Positions 39,971 through 49,657 of a stretch of 64,000 nucleotides of DNA are shown here, one piece after another. Within the stretch, counting starts at the first letter, position 1, and each line of letters opens with the position of its first letter. The notes beneath the pieces are model-generated. The model was not told the DNA's origin, made no database searches, and saw only the letters and a program-made list of their open reading frames with translations. The stretch is from Halarcobacter sp. (GTDB taxonomy: Bacteria > Campylobacterota > Campylobacteria > Campylobacterales > Arcobacteraceae), in the NCBI GenBank assembly GCA_963676565.1, contig OY781089.1, positions 1,696,001-1,760,000 on the forward strand, read 5' to 3'. The position numbers and the translations under genes are program-made.

Positions 39971-41278
39971 ATGACATATAAAAAATATAGACAATATCCT
40001 ATTGTCAAAAATTTCGTACGAACTTGGCCAAATAATCAAATCACAAAAGCCCCTATTTATGGAAGTGTAGATTTAAGAGATGGAAACCAAGCTTTGGTAA
40101 ATCCTTTAAATATAGAACAAAAGTTGGAGTATTTTAATACTTTAGTAAAGATGGGATTTAAACAAATAGAAGTTTCTTATCCAAGTGCTAGTGATACGGA
40201 TTTTAACTTTACAAGAAAATTAATCGAAGAGAAGCTAATCCCTGATGATGTTGCTATTCAAGTATTAATTCCAGCAAAAAAAGAGTGGATAAAAAGAAGT
40301 GTTGAAGCTATGAGGGGAGTTAAAAATGGGATTTTCCATTTATACAATCCAACAAATGAGTTCCAAAGAAGAGTAGTATTTAAAAAAAGCGATGAAGAGA
40401 TAATCTCTATGGCAGTTGAGTCTATGAAATACTTAGTGGAACTTACAAAAGATTTTGAGGGCAATGTTATCTATGATTATTCCCCAGAGAGTTTTTCCCA
40501 AACCAATTTAGAATTTGCCGTAAAAATATGTAATAAAGTAATTGATGTAGTAAAACCAACTATACAAAATAAGATGATAATAAACTTACCAAATACTCTA
40601 GAAGCCTGTACTGCAAATATTTATGCAGATAGAATAGAGTGGATGTGCAATAATTTGAACAACAGAGAGTCACTTATAATAAGTGTTCATCCTCACAATG
40701 ACAGAGGAACATCAGTAGCCTCAGCAGAACTTGCAGTTTTAGCAGGAGCAAATAGAGTTGAAGGAACACTATTTGGAAATGGTGAAAGAGCAGGGAACTT
40801 AGATTTAGTAAATTTTGCTTTTAATTTACATTCACAAGGTATTGATTCTACACTTGATCTATCAATTGTGGATGAGGTAAAAAAGATGTATGAGAATTTA
40901 ACAAAGTTAAATATAAATCCAAGACATCCCTATGTGGGCGATATGATTTTCACAGCCTTTAGTGGTGGACATCAAGATGCCATAAAAAAAGGAATAGACT
41001 TTTACAGAAAAGAGAATTGCCAAGAATGGAATGTGCCTTATTTACCAATAGATCCAAAAGATATAAAAAGGGGATATGAAGATGTTATTAGAGTAAATTC
41101 ACAATCAGGAAAAGGGGGAGTTACTTTTATAATAAGTGATTTTTTTGGAGAAAATCTAACTAAAGAAGAGTCTATAAAATTTGGTATTTTAGTAAAAGAG
41201 CAAAGTGATAAACTACAAAGGGAATTGAGTAAAGAGGAGATTATAGAGTTATATAAATCTTTTAAAATAGAGTCCTAG
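39971..41278 (+). CDS. leuA: 2-isopropylmalate synthase (LEU4/actinobacterial type) lacking the C-terminal regulatory domain
   Basis: SVDLRDGNQAL, YSPESF, HPHNDRG, GNGERAGN, FSGGHQDAI, VPYLPIDP and RVNSQSGKGG motifs; ends at about 435 aa; GGAG SD before ATG 39971. Confidence 0.9.
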   Translation: MTYKKYRQYPIVKNFVRTWPNNQITKAPIYGSVDLRDGNQALVNPLNIEQKLEYFNTLVKMGFKQIEVSYPSASDTDFNFTRKLIEEKLIPDDVAIQVLIPAKKEWIKRSVEAMRGVKNGIFHLYNPTNEFQRRVVFKKSDEEIISMAVESMKYLVELTKDFEGNVIYDYSPESFSQTNLEFAVKICNKVIDVVKPTIQNKMIINLPNTLEACTANIYADRIEWMCNNLNNRESLIISVHPHNDRGTSVASAELAVLAGANRVEGTLFGNGERAGNLDLVNFAFNLHSQGIDSTLDLSIVDEVKKMYENLTKLNINPRHPYVGDMIFTAFSGGHQDAIKKGIDFYRKENCQEWNVPYLPIDPKDIKRGYEDVIRVNSQSGKGGVTFIISDFFGENLTKEESIKFGILVKEQSDKLQRELSKEEIIELYKSFKIES

Positions 41279-41296
41279 TCATGTAATTGCTAGGAC
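41272..41296. terminator. Stem-loop between the convergent leuA and MmcQ genes
   Basis: GTCCTAG-N11-CTAGGAC. Confidence 0.55.
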
Positions 41297-41351
41297 AAAA
41301 AGATATATATGGATATCTAACTTTAAAGATGAATTTTAATCTTTGATAATA

Positions 41352-41708
41352 TTAAATTTTTTGAAGAAGTTGTTTTTCTTTTTTTGTCAGTTTTGAAACA
41401 ACAAGATCGTAAGACTCGTTAATCATGCTGACAAGAACATCATCATTCATACTTCCATCCATAGTAATGGTGTTCCAATGTTTTTTATTCATGTGGTAAC
41501 CCTCTTTGACACAATCATATAATTCTCGATATCCAATAGCATCTTCAGGAAGTGATTTAAGTGTTATTCTCATCGGTTTTTCCTGCCACCCTATTAAAGC
41601 AAACATTTTGTTCATCACTTTAAATACCATGGCGTCTTCTCCAAAAGGGAACTCTTTGACTGCGCCTGCTTTTGACAAAAGGAGATTTTCTAATTTTTTT
41701 AATTCCAT
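41352..41708 (-). CDS. MmcQ/YjbR-family DNA-binding protein
   Basis: FPFG..VFKV..KMFAL, GYHMNKKHWNT and SYDLV motifs. Confidence 0.92.
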   Translation of the reverse strand: MELKKLENLLLSKAGAVKEFPFGEDAMVFKVMNKMFALIGWQEKPMRITLKSLPEDAIGYRELYDCVKEGYHMNKKHWNTITMDGSMNDDVLVSMINESYDLVVSKLTKKEKQLLQKI

Positions 41709-41717
41709 ATCAACTGC

Positions 41718-42113
41718 TTATTTAAAGTATTGTTTGAACTCTTCAGAAGGTTCTTTGTTTGAATAGATATAAAGCATAATACCGTTGGGGTCTAAAATGG
41801 CAAAGCCTCTATCTCCCCATGGATGATCTCCAAGAGGCATCACGGCTACATTCCCAAGCTGAGTTAATCTCCCATATTCTGCATCCACATCATCTACTTC
41901 AAAGTTATATGTGAGACCATTACCATTAAATACAGCTTGTTCAGGTTTTTGTGGTGTCATAAATTGTAATGTCGCCTTGTCGTTTCCAAATTCCATGTTT
42001 AAGTACCATCCGCAGTCAAATGTGATTTTTGCGTCAAAATTTTTTGTATAGAAGGTTCTGCTCTCGTCCACTTTTTCTGTAACGATGCAAGCAGAAAGGT
42101 TATTTACTTTCAT
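41718..42113 (-). CDS. VOC/glyoxalase/bleomycin-resistance family protein
   Basis: FEVDDVDA and PWGDRGFAILDPNG motifs. Confidence 0.9.
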   Translation of the reverse strand: MKVNNLSACIVTEKVDESRTFYTKNFDAKITFDCGWYLNMEFGNDKATLQFMTPQKPEQAVFNGNGLTYNFEVDDVDAEYGRLTQLGNVAVMPLGDHPWGDRGFAILDPNGIMLYIYSNKEPSEEFKQYFK

Positions 42114-42334
42114 CTTTTTCCACTTGTAATAACTATTTATTAATAATACATTCTATATAAAATAGCCTTAAACAGGTGATGATTTATAACATAATTAATA
42201 ATTTTTTGCTTTGTTGTTTAATTGTTAGAAAAAAGTATTAAATGTATATTTGATATGTTTAGTTTTAAGAAATCACAATTATGGTATACTCTCAACCATA
42301 TTATATTTAGTTAGTATATGGAGTTATACTATAT

Positions 42335-43300
42335 ATGTTAAATTCATTAATTGATAAAGAATTTCAAAAAATTATTTTAAATAATACTGCTATGTGGTTA
42401 AATATGCTTGATAATGATGCCAATGTACTCATGTGGAATAAAGCAGCAGAAAGAATAAGTGGTTACACTAAAGAAGAAGTCCTTGGCAATAGCAATATAT
42501 GGGAACTACTTTATCCAGATGTAGAATATCGCACTTCAATTCACAATAAAGCACTTGAAATTATCAATAAGGGAGAAGAAATTATAGATTTTGAAACAAC
42601 TATAATTTCTAAAGATGGTACTAAAAAAATCTTATCTTGGAACACACATAATATGAAAAATGAAGATAATAATATTATTGGTTCTATTGCGATAGCAAGA
42701 GATGTTACAAAAATTAGAGCTAATGAAAAATCCCTTCAATTATTGACATTTGAATTAGAAGAATCAAATAAAAAACTACTTGAATTAAGTTATGTTGATC
42801 AATTAACAAATATACCAAATAGAAGAGCATATGACGAAAGACTTGCCTCGGAGTTACAAGCCACTAAAAGATCAGGGATAGAGTTTTCTTTCTTATTAAT
42901 TGATATTGATAATTTTAAAGAATACAATGATATATATGGACATGTAAATGGTGATGTTGTTTTATTTAGAGTCACTAATCAAATAAAAAATCTATTATCA
43001 AGAAAAACTGATTTTGTTGCACGCTATGGTGGTGAAGAGATTGTAGTAATACTACCTTATACACCTCTAGAAAAAGCACAAATTGTTGCAAAAAAAATTC
43101 TTCAATCTACACTTGATTTAAATATTGAACATTCATATTCAAAGTTTAATCAAGTATTAACTGTTAGTATAGGTATTACTTCTACAAAAATTAGTATTGA
43201 AAATTTAATGGACAATGCAGATAAAGCACTTTATAAAGCCAAGAATTATGGCCGTAATAGGTTTGAAGTTTACTCTAATAACTCTTCTTCATCAAAATAG
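42335..43300 (+). CDS. PAS-GGDEF diguanylate cyclase
   Basis: PAS WNKAAERISGY; DQLT.IPNRR, DIDNFK.YND.YGH, RKTD I-site and GGEEI A-site. Confidence 0.92.
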   Translation: MLNSLIDKEFQKIILNNTAMWLNMLDNDANVLMWNKAAERISGYTKEEVLGNSNIWELLYPDVEYRTSIHNKALEIINKGEEIIDFETTIISKDGTKKILSWNTHNMKNEDNNIIGSIAIARDVTKIRANEKSLQLLTFELEESNKKLLELSYVDQLTNIPNRRAYDERLASELQATKRSGIEFSFLLIDIDNFKEYNDIYGHVNGDVVLFRVTNQIKNLLSRKTDFVARYGGEEIVVILPYTPLEKAQIVAKKILQSTLDLNIEHSYSKFNQVLTVSIGITSTKISIENLMDNADKALYKAKNYGRNRFEVYSNNSSSSK

Positions 43301-43334
43301 AGATTATTCTACCCTTCTTCACCTATTATATTCT

Positions 43335-44399
43335 TTATTTATATGATATTTTATTTTGACTTGCAAGTAAAGCTGAACATAGTTGATATAAAACCCTTGC
43401 TCCAACATTCTCGTCCCAGTCATTTTCACTACTTCCTACTTCACATAAGTCAAATCCTATTATATTTTTACCACTTTTTACAACCATAAAAATTAGATAT
43501 TCTAATTCAGAATATCTCAAACCACCAGGAACTGGTGTTCCAGTATTTGGACAGTTTAGAGGTTCTAATCCATCAATATCAATAGAAAGATATACATTTT
43601 TAGGAAGTTTTTCTATATAAGTAGAAAAAATCTCTTCTAAGGCTTTTCCTGAAGCTATTTGTGCTTGCATATTACTGTCATATAAACATGCACCTTTTTG
43701 TCCATAGTTTTTCATTCGTAAAGACTCTTCACTACTATAATCTCTTATTCCAACTTGAACAAGTTTGCTAACCTTTTCACACTCTTTCATAGTATTATAA
43801 AAAATAGATGCATGGGAATAAGTAAACCCTTCATATGCTTCTCTTAAATCATGGTGAGCATCAACATGTAAAATCCCAAACTCTTCAGTTTGAGTATCAT
43901 TTAATGCTTTTAAAAGACCTAAAGGTGAAGAGTGATCACCTCCTACAACACCTACAAATTTACCTTTTTTTAATTGTTTTAGTGATTTTTTATAAACAGA
44001 GTCATTTAGTATATTTGATGCTTTATTTACAAAATCTAATGCCTTTTGATCTGTTGAGTTACTTTCTAATGCTTCAATAACTTTAATAGCTTTTTTTCTT
44101 GCTTTATTGCTTAACTTTAAAAGTTTTTTATCTGTTTTAAGCATCGCAATGCCAGCAGTATAAGGCTTTTCATAATGGAAAGTTTCTAAATCAAGTTGAT
44201 GACTTGATATTTTAATTTTATCAGGAGCATTTGCTGTTCCTTCTCCAAATGAAACAGTTGCTTCCCATGGAACTGGTATTAAAACTAAACTTGCTTCATT
44301 TGGATCTAATTTTCCTCCAATAAAACCATCGTCTTCTTGAGGGGGAAGACCAAGTTCAAGTATTCTTATCTCTTCTTCTAAAGTTCTATATGACATCAA
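43335..44399 (-). CDS. speB: Agmatinase (ureohydrolase family)
   Basis: GGDHS, DAHHD, SIDIDGL, TGTPVPGG and DLCE motifs. Confidence 0.85.
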   Translation of the reverse strand: MMSYRTLEEEIRILELGLPPQEDDGFIGGKLDPNEASLVLIPVPWEATVSFGEGTANAPDKIKISSHQLDLETFHYEKPYTAGIAMLKTDKKLLKLSNKARKKAIKVIEALESNSTDQKALDFVNKASNILNDSVYKKSLKQLKKGKFVGVVGGDHSSPLGLLKALNDTQTEEFGILHVDAHHDLREAYEGFTYSHASIFYNTMKECEKVSKLVQVGIRDYSSEESLRMKNYGQKGACLYDSNMQAQIASGKALEEIFSTYIEKLPKNVYLSIDIDGLEPLNCPNTGTPVPGGLRYSELEYLIFMVVKSGKNIIGFDLCEVGSSENDWDENVGARVLYQLCSALLASQNKISYK

Positions 44400-44489
44400 T
44401 TTTCCTGAATTTAATAAAATTTCTTGAATTATAGAATAAATATCTGAATTGTATAGTTAATTTTTAATTTAATTTATATAAAATCTCAT

Positions 44490-45575
44490 ATGGCAGAACA
44501 ATTAAAGAATATTTATACCCAAAAGTATATATCAAACTTAGCTAATAAAATAAAAATAAACTATGATAATTTTGACAAAGAGAGTTTTATAAACTCTATT
44601 TTTAATAAATCATGGGATGAGCTTGAATTAAAAGCACGTATGAGACATATCGTAATTTGTTTAAATCAATATTTACCAATATCTTATGAAAATCAATTAG
44701 AGATTTTGAAAGAAACTTCAAAGGATTTTTCATCTTATGAAGCTATGTTTTTTCAAGATTTTGTTGAGGTTTATGGTTTAGATGATTTTGAAAATTCAAT
44801 AAAAGCATTGGAAGTTTTTACCATTGATTCAAGTAGTGAGTTTGCAATTAGACAATTTATTTTAAAATATGAAGATAAAACAATGGCTCAAATGAAAGTT
44901 TGGGCAAAAAGTAAAAATGAACATATTAGAAGATTATCCTGTGAAGGTTGCAGACCTAGACTTCCTTGGGCAATTGCTCTTCCTGAGTTTAAACAAAATC
45001 CTTCAAAAGTTTTAGAAATAATTGAACTCCTTAAACATGATAAATCAAAATATGTTCAAAAAAGTGTTGCTAATAATTTAAATGATATCTCAAAGGATAA
45101 TCCACATTTAGTAATAGATTTTGTAAGAAAAAATTTAGGAATTTCAAAAGAACTTGATTGGATTTGTAAACATGGAAGTAGAACATTATTAAAAAAATCA
45201 AATGAAGAGATTTTAGAATTGTTTAATTTGGGAAAATCAAATCATGTTAATATTACTAATTTTGATTATGATAAAGAGGTAAAGTTAAATGATAGTTTAA
45301 GTTTCTCTTTTGAACTAGTTTCACAAGAGGTTTTAGGACAGTTAAGAATAGAATATGAAATAGATTATTTAAAATCAAATGGAAGTCATAATAAAAAAAG
45401 ATTTATGGTTTCACAAAATTATATTAATAGTAAAACTAAAACTTTTTTTAAAAAACAACAATTTAAAAACTTAACTACTAGAAAACATTATTTGGGTAAA
45501 CACTATTTAACAATAATTATAAATGGAAAAGAGTTTATAAAAAAGGAATTTATATTAAATGACACCAGCAATTAA
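44490..45575 (+). CDS. DNA alkylation repair protein (AlkC/AlkD-like HEAT-repeat family)
   Basis: LELKARM, SSEFAIR, RRLSCEGCRPRLPW, SVANNLNDISKD and TTRKHY motifs. Confidence 0.88.
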   Translation: MAEQLKNIYTQKYISNLANKIKINYDNFDKESFINSIFNKSWDELELKARMRHIVICLNQYLPISYENQLEILKETSKDFSSYEAMFFQDFVEVYGLDDFENSIKALEVFTIDSSSEFAIRQFILKYEDKTMAQMKVWAKSKNEHIRRLSCEGCRPRLPWAIALPEFKQNPSKVLEIIELLKHDKSKYVQKSVANNLNDISKDNPHLVIDFVRKNLGISKELDWICKHGSRTLLKKSNEEILELFNLGKSNHVNITNFDYDKEVKLNDSLSFSFELVSQEVLGQLRIEYEIDYLKSNGSHNKKRFMVSQNYINSKTKTFFKKQQFKNLTTRKHYLGKHYLTIIINGKEFIKKEFILNDTSN

Positions 45576-46026
45576 TTTACTTAAAAAAAATAAAATAAAA
45601 TTTGAAATCCATAAATATGATCATGATCCTTTATGTACTGATTTTGGAAATGAAGCAGTTGAAAAACTTGGACTTGATAAAAATCAAGTTTTTAAAACAC
45701 TATTGGTTGAGTTAAGTCCAAAAGAGCTTGCAGTAGGGGTTGTACCAGTTTCTTCTATGTTAAGTTTAAAAGAAATAGCAATTGCTCTAAAGGCAAAAAA
45801 AGCAGTGATGGCAGATAAACAAGAAGCACAAAAAGTAACAGGATATCTATTAGGAGGTATCTCTCCTTTAGGTCAAAAGAAAAAACTAAAAACAGTGATT
45901 GATGAAAGTGCATTTAATTTTAAAACAATATTTATAAGTGGAGGGAAAAGAGGTTTAGATATAGAACTTGACCCAACTGATATAAAGAAATTATTAAATG
46001 CTGTTACTTATAACATATCCACTTAG
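45559..46026 (+). CDS. ybaK: Cys-tRNA(Pro) deacylase
   Basis: MTPAI, VFKTL, TGYLLGGISPLGQKK and SGGKRG motifs. Confidence 0.95.
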   Translation: MTPAINLLKKNKIKFEIHKYDHDPLCTDFGNEAVEKLGLDKNQVFKTLLVELSPKELAVGVVPVSSMLSLKEIAIALKAKKAVMADKQEAQKVTGYLLGGISPLGQKKKLKTVIDESAFNFKTIFISGGKRGLDIELDPTDIKKLLNAVTYNIST

Positions 46027-46115
46027 ATATAATTTATACAATTAATTATTTTTTTAACATTTTCTTAATATTTTAAGAGTACCATATCATAAGACTAGTT
46101 TACAAAGGATATAAT

Positions 46116-49100
46116 ATGGCTAAAAACTCTTCAGACTTGAATGCTATTTGTTCTCAGTTATTAACTCCAAAAGATTTAAAAATATCAGAACAGTTATTTA
46201 ACGAGGTTAAAGAAGAAACTATTGTAACTCAAATTGTTGATAATGATAATGGTGATTCTAAAAGTATAAAAATATATTCAACCTATCAATTGTTTTTATC
46301 CTCAATAACTCCAATCTTACATGATATTGGTTTCATGATTATTGATGAGGTTACTTATAATATTAGAAATGGTAAAGATTTAATTTATGTTTCTAGATTT
46401 AATCTTAATATCTCTTCCCCAGGCGATTTAAATAGAATCGAAAATGCTAAAGAGAATCTAGAAAAGATAATAGTAAGCTGTATAAAAGACAAATCATTAA
46501 AACATACAAAGGCATTTTCTCTTGTTTTAAATCAAAATTTTGATTTAAAAAAGATTTTTTTAGTAAATGCTTTTATTGAATATATTGATCAGTCTGTATT
46601 AACAATTAATAGTGCAACTATTTTAAAGACACTAATAAATCATCATACTATTACAAATTTGTTTGTGGATTATTTTACAACAAAATTTGATCCAAAAATA
46701 AAAGCTAAAAAACAAAAACTTGATAAGATAGAAGAAAGTATTGAAAACCTAGTAAAGGTTATTCCTCAAATTATTGATGATAGGATATTAAAATTAACAC
46801 TATCATTTTTACATTCACTTTTAAGAACAAACTATTTTTTAAATAAAGAAACAATTTCATTTAAAATTGATGCTAAAAAATTTGGTGAAAACCTAAAAGG
46901 CTTACAACCAAATTTCGAAAACTTTATTTATCATCCAGATTTTTATGGAGTTCATTTAAGAATGAGTAAAATTAGTAGAGGTGGGCTTAGATGGTCTGAT
47001 AGACATGATGATTATAGACAAGAAGTAAAATCTCTTATGATTACTCAAGAGGGTAAAAACTCAATTATTATTCCCGATGGTTCAAAAGGTGGTTTTGTAA
47101 TAAATAAAAACAACTCTTCAATTACAAAAGAGTATTTTCAAGAAATTTACTCAATGTATATAAATGCAAATCTTGATTTAGTTGATAATATGGTAAATGG
47201 AGAAGTTGTAAAAGATGCAAATATTGTTGCTTACGATGATGATGATCCATATTTTGTTGTTGCAGCTGATAAAGGAACTGCAGCGATGAGTGATGTAGCT
47301 AATAACATTGCAATTGAGAGGGGTTATTGGTTAGGTGATGCCTTTGCAAGTGGTGGATCAAATGGATATGGTCATAAAGATTTAGGTATCACTGCACGTG
47401 GTGCTTTAATGTCAACAAAAAGATTTTTTATTGAAGAGGGAATTGATATTTATAAAGACAGTATTACTGTTATGGGTATTGGTTCTATGAGTGGAGATGT
47501 TTTTGGTAATGGTATGATTGAATCTGACAAGTTTAAACTTCTTGCTGCAATTGGACACAAAGAGATATTTATTGACCCAAATCCAGATCCTAAAAAGAGT
47601 TTTGATGAAAGAAAAAGACTTTTTGAAGATAAAAATTCTGGATGGGGCTTCTATGATGAAAAAGCAATTTCAAAAGGTGGAGGAGTATTTTTAAGAAGTG
47701 AAAAAGAGATAAGTTTAACTCCTGAAATTCAAAAGTTAGTGAAAACCACAAGAAAAGTTGTAAGTGGTGAAGAGTTATGTAAAATGTTGCTTTGTATGGA
47801 AGTTGATATGTTCTTTAACGGTGGAGTTGGAACATATGTAAAAGCTAGCGATGAAAACTCAATTGATATTGGGGATAAACAAAACGAAGCAGTAAGAATA
47901 GATGCTACTGAAATGAAAGCGAGAGTTGTTTGTGAAGGTGGAAATCTAGGATTTACACAAAAAGCTAGAATTGAATATGCTTTAAATGGTGGTAGAATAA
48001 ATATTGATGGTATTGATAATGCAGGTGGTGTTGATACTTCAGACCATGAGGTTAATTTAAAAATCTTATTAAATACAATTAAAACTAGTGGAAATATTTG
48101 TGATGATGAGAGTAGAACTATGCTTCACTCATTAACAGATCAGGTTGTAAATTTAGTTTTACAAAGTAATTATAACCAATCATTAGCAATCTCTTCAGAT
48201 GAAAGATTTTCAAGAAGATATAGAAATGATTTTTTAAAGACAATTCACATTTTAGAAAATTATGTAGAGGCTTTTAGTAGAACATCATTTTTTATTCCAA
48301 AAGATGAAAATATTCATGAGGTAATTGATATTAATGGTTCAATTGTAAGACCTGTATTGTGTTCATTACTTTCTTATTCAAAAATCTTTATCAAGAAAAT
48401 ATTATTAGAATCAACTTTAGTAGATGAGCAGTTTGCCCTTGATTATTTAAATAGATATTTCCCTAAATCATTTGTTGGAATGTATGAACATGAGTTATTA
48501 AATCATCCATTAAAAAGGGAAATTATCGCTACAAAAATGGCAGATATTTTAATCAATTCTCAAGGGTGTACTTTTGTTAGTGATTATGAAAAACTTGGCA
48601 ATGAAAGATTTTTATTAAAAATAAAATCTTACTTAGTAGCAAAAAAACTATTTGGTACAAAAGAGATTAGAGAAAAAATATATTCTCAAGACTATATAAT
48701 GGATATAGAAGAACAATATAGATTATTATCAAAACTTGAGTATACCTTGTATGTAAGTACAAGATGGATGGTTAAATATCTAAAGAAAAATCAATTAGAT
48801 GCTACACATATTTTAGATCACAGAGAAGAACTTTTTAATCACTTATCAGAAGTTCATGAGGGTGGGTTAAAAGAATACATAAAAGATGATGTAGAATTTA
48901 ATCAGTTCTTTAGTGTTATTGATTATTTAAGATTTGCAGTCCCTGCAATTGTAATTAAAACAAATACAAGTCATACATTTAAAGATGTATTAGTATTATT
49001 CTATTTATTAATTCATGAGTTTAATATTCTAGATATTTTAACGGCATTAAATAAAATAGAATTAAAATCAAGAAATGATATGGTACTAAGAGGTCAAGTT

Positions 49101-49322
49101 TTACAATTTATAGAACATATTGTTGTTCACTATACAAGGAAAATATTAGATTTTAAAAGAGTAGATGAACAGCCAGAAGATGCTTTTAAAAGCTATGTTA
49201 AAAATGAACATGATGTTTTTTATAAAGTAAGAGATAATCTTGATACATTTATGACAAAAGATAACAAGGATATAAAAGAGATAGCAGTAACAGTAAATCA
49301 AATAATGGTTTCTTCACTATAA
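46116..49322 (+). CDS. gdh: NAD-specific glutamate dehydrogenase, large-type family, N-terminally short
   Basis: RTNYF, RGGLRWSDR, KGGF, VVAADKGTA, DAFASGGS, MSGDVFGNGM, EGGNLG and DNAGGVDTSDHEVN motifs. Confidence 0.93.
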   Translation: MAKNSSDLNAICSQLLTPKDLKISEQLFNEVKEETIVTQIVDNDNGDSKSIKIYSTYQLFLSSITPILHDIGFMIIDEVTYNIRNGKDLIYVSRFNLNISSPGDLNRIENAKENLEKIIVSCIKDKSLKHTKAFSLVLNQNFDLKKIFLVNAFIEYIDQSVLTINSATILKTLINHHTITNLFVDYFTTKFDPKIKAKKQKLDKIEESIENLVKVIPQIIDDRILKLTLSFLHSLLRTNYFLNKETISFKIDAKKFGENLKGLQPNFENFIYHPDFYGVHLRMSKISRGGLRWSDRHDDYRQEVKSLMITQEGKNSIIIPDGSKGGFVINKNNSSITKEYFQEIYSMYINANLDLVDNMVNGEVVKDANIVAYDDDDPYFVVAADKGTAAMSDVANNIAIERGYWLGDAFASGGSNGYGHKDLGITARGALMSTKRFFIEEGIDIYKDSITVMGIGSMSGDVFGNGMIESDKFKLLAAIGHKEIFIDPNPDPKKSFDERKRLFEDKNSGWGFYDEKAISKGGGVFLRSEKEISLTPEIQKLVKTTRKVVSGEELCKMLLCMEVDMFFNGGVGTYVKASDENSIDIGDKQNEAVRIDATEMKARVVCEGGNLGFTQKARIEYALNGGRINIDGIDNAGGVDTSDHEVNLKILLNTIKTSGNICDDESRTMLHSLTDQVVNLVLQSNYNQSLAISSDERFSRRYRNDFLKTIHILENYVEAFSRTSFFIPKDENIHEVIDINGSIVRPVLCSLLSYSKIFIKKILLESTLVDEQFALDYLNRYFPKSFVGMYEHELLNHPLKREIIATKMADILINSQGCTFVSDYEKLGNERFLLKIKSYLVAKKLFGTKEIREKIYSQDYIMDIEEQYRLLSKLEYTLYVSTRWMVKYLKKNQLDATHILDHREELFNHLSEVHEGGLKEYIKDDVEFNQFFSVIDYLRFAVPAIVIKTNTSHTFKDVLVLFYLLIHEFNILDILTALNKIELKSRNDMVLRGQVLQFIEHIVVHYTRKILDFKRVDEQPEDAFKSYVKNEHDVFYKVRDNLDTFMTKDNKDIKEIAVTVNQIMVSSL

Positions 49323-49436
49323 GAATTTTTTATTATTCTATAATAAATTAAACTAATATTAAAAAATAGTATAACTTGAACTTATGACATTTATTTTAAG
49401 TTCTAATGTGTTATTGTTCAAAAAAAGGAGTTAGTC

Positions 49437-49646
49437 ATGAAAAGTAATATGGACGATGAATTAAGCCTTGATAAAATTGATGATTATAACGGTAATGAGT
49501 CAAAAGAAAAAAGAAATACTGTAAGACTTGTAGTTATTGGTATTTTACTAGTTGGAGCAGTTTTTGCATATTTGAGATACAACAGTAGTTTTGACGATTA
49601 TGTGGGGACTGAAGAGGCTCCAGGAATTGTTACAAATAAAAAATAA
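49437..49646 (+). CDS. Small single-pass membrane protein
   Basis: AAGGAG SD, one TM helix, LDKIDDYNG motif. Confidence 0.75.
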   Translation: MKSNMDDELSLDKIDDYNGNESKEKRNTVRLVVIGILLVGAVFAYLRYNSSFDDYVGTEEAPGIVTNKK

Positions 49647-49657
49647 AAGGATTAAGA

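Noticed and set aside
41310..41352. GTTAGAT on the minus strand after the MmcQ gene, as a possible integron attC core site
   Set aside because: No matching RYYYAAC inverse core or attC-like hairpin, no repeats and no integrase.
49378..49406. GAACTT...TCTAA as an ECF-sigma promoter, and a GAACTTA-N12-TAAGTTC inverted repeat
   Set aside because: The 18-bp spacer is long for this promoter class, and a single 7-bp inverted repeat can arise by chance.
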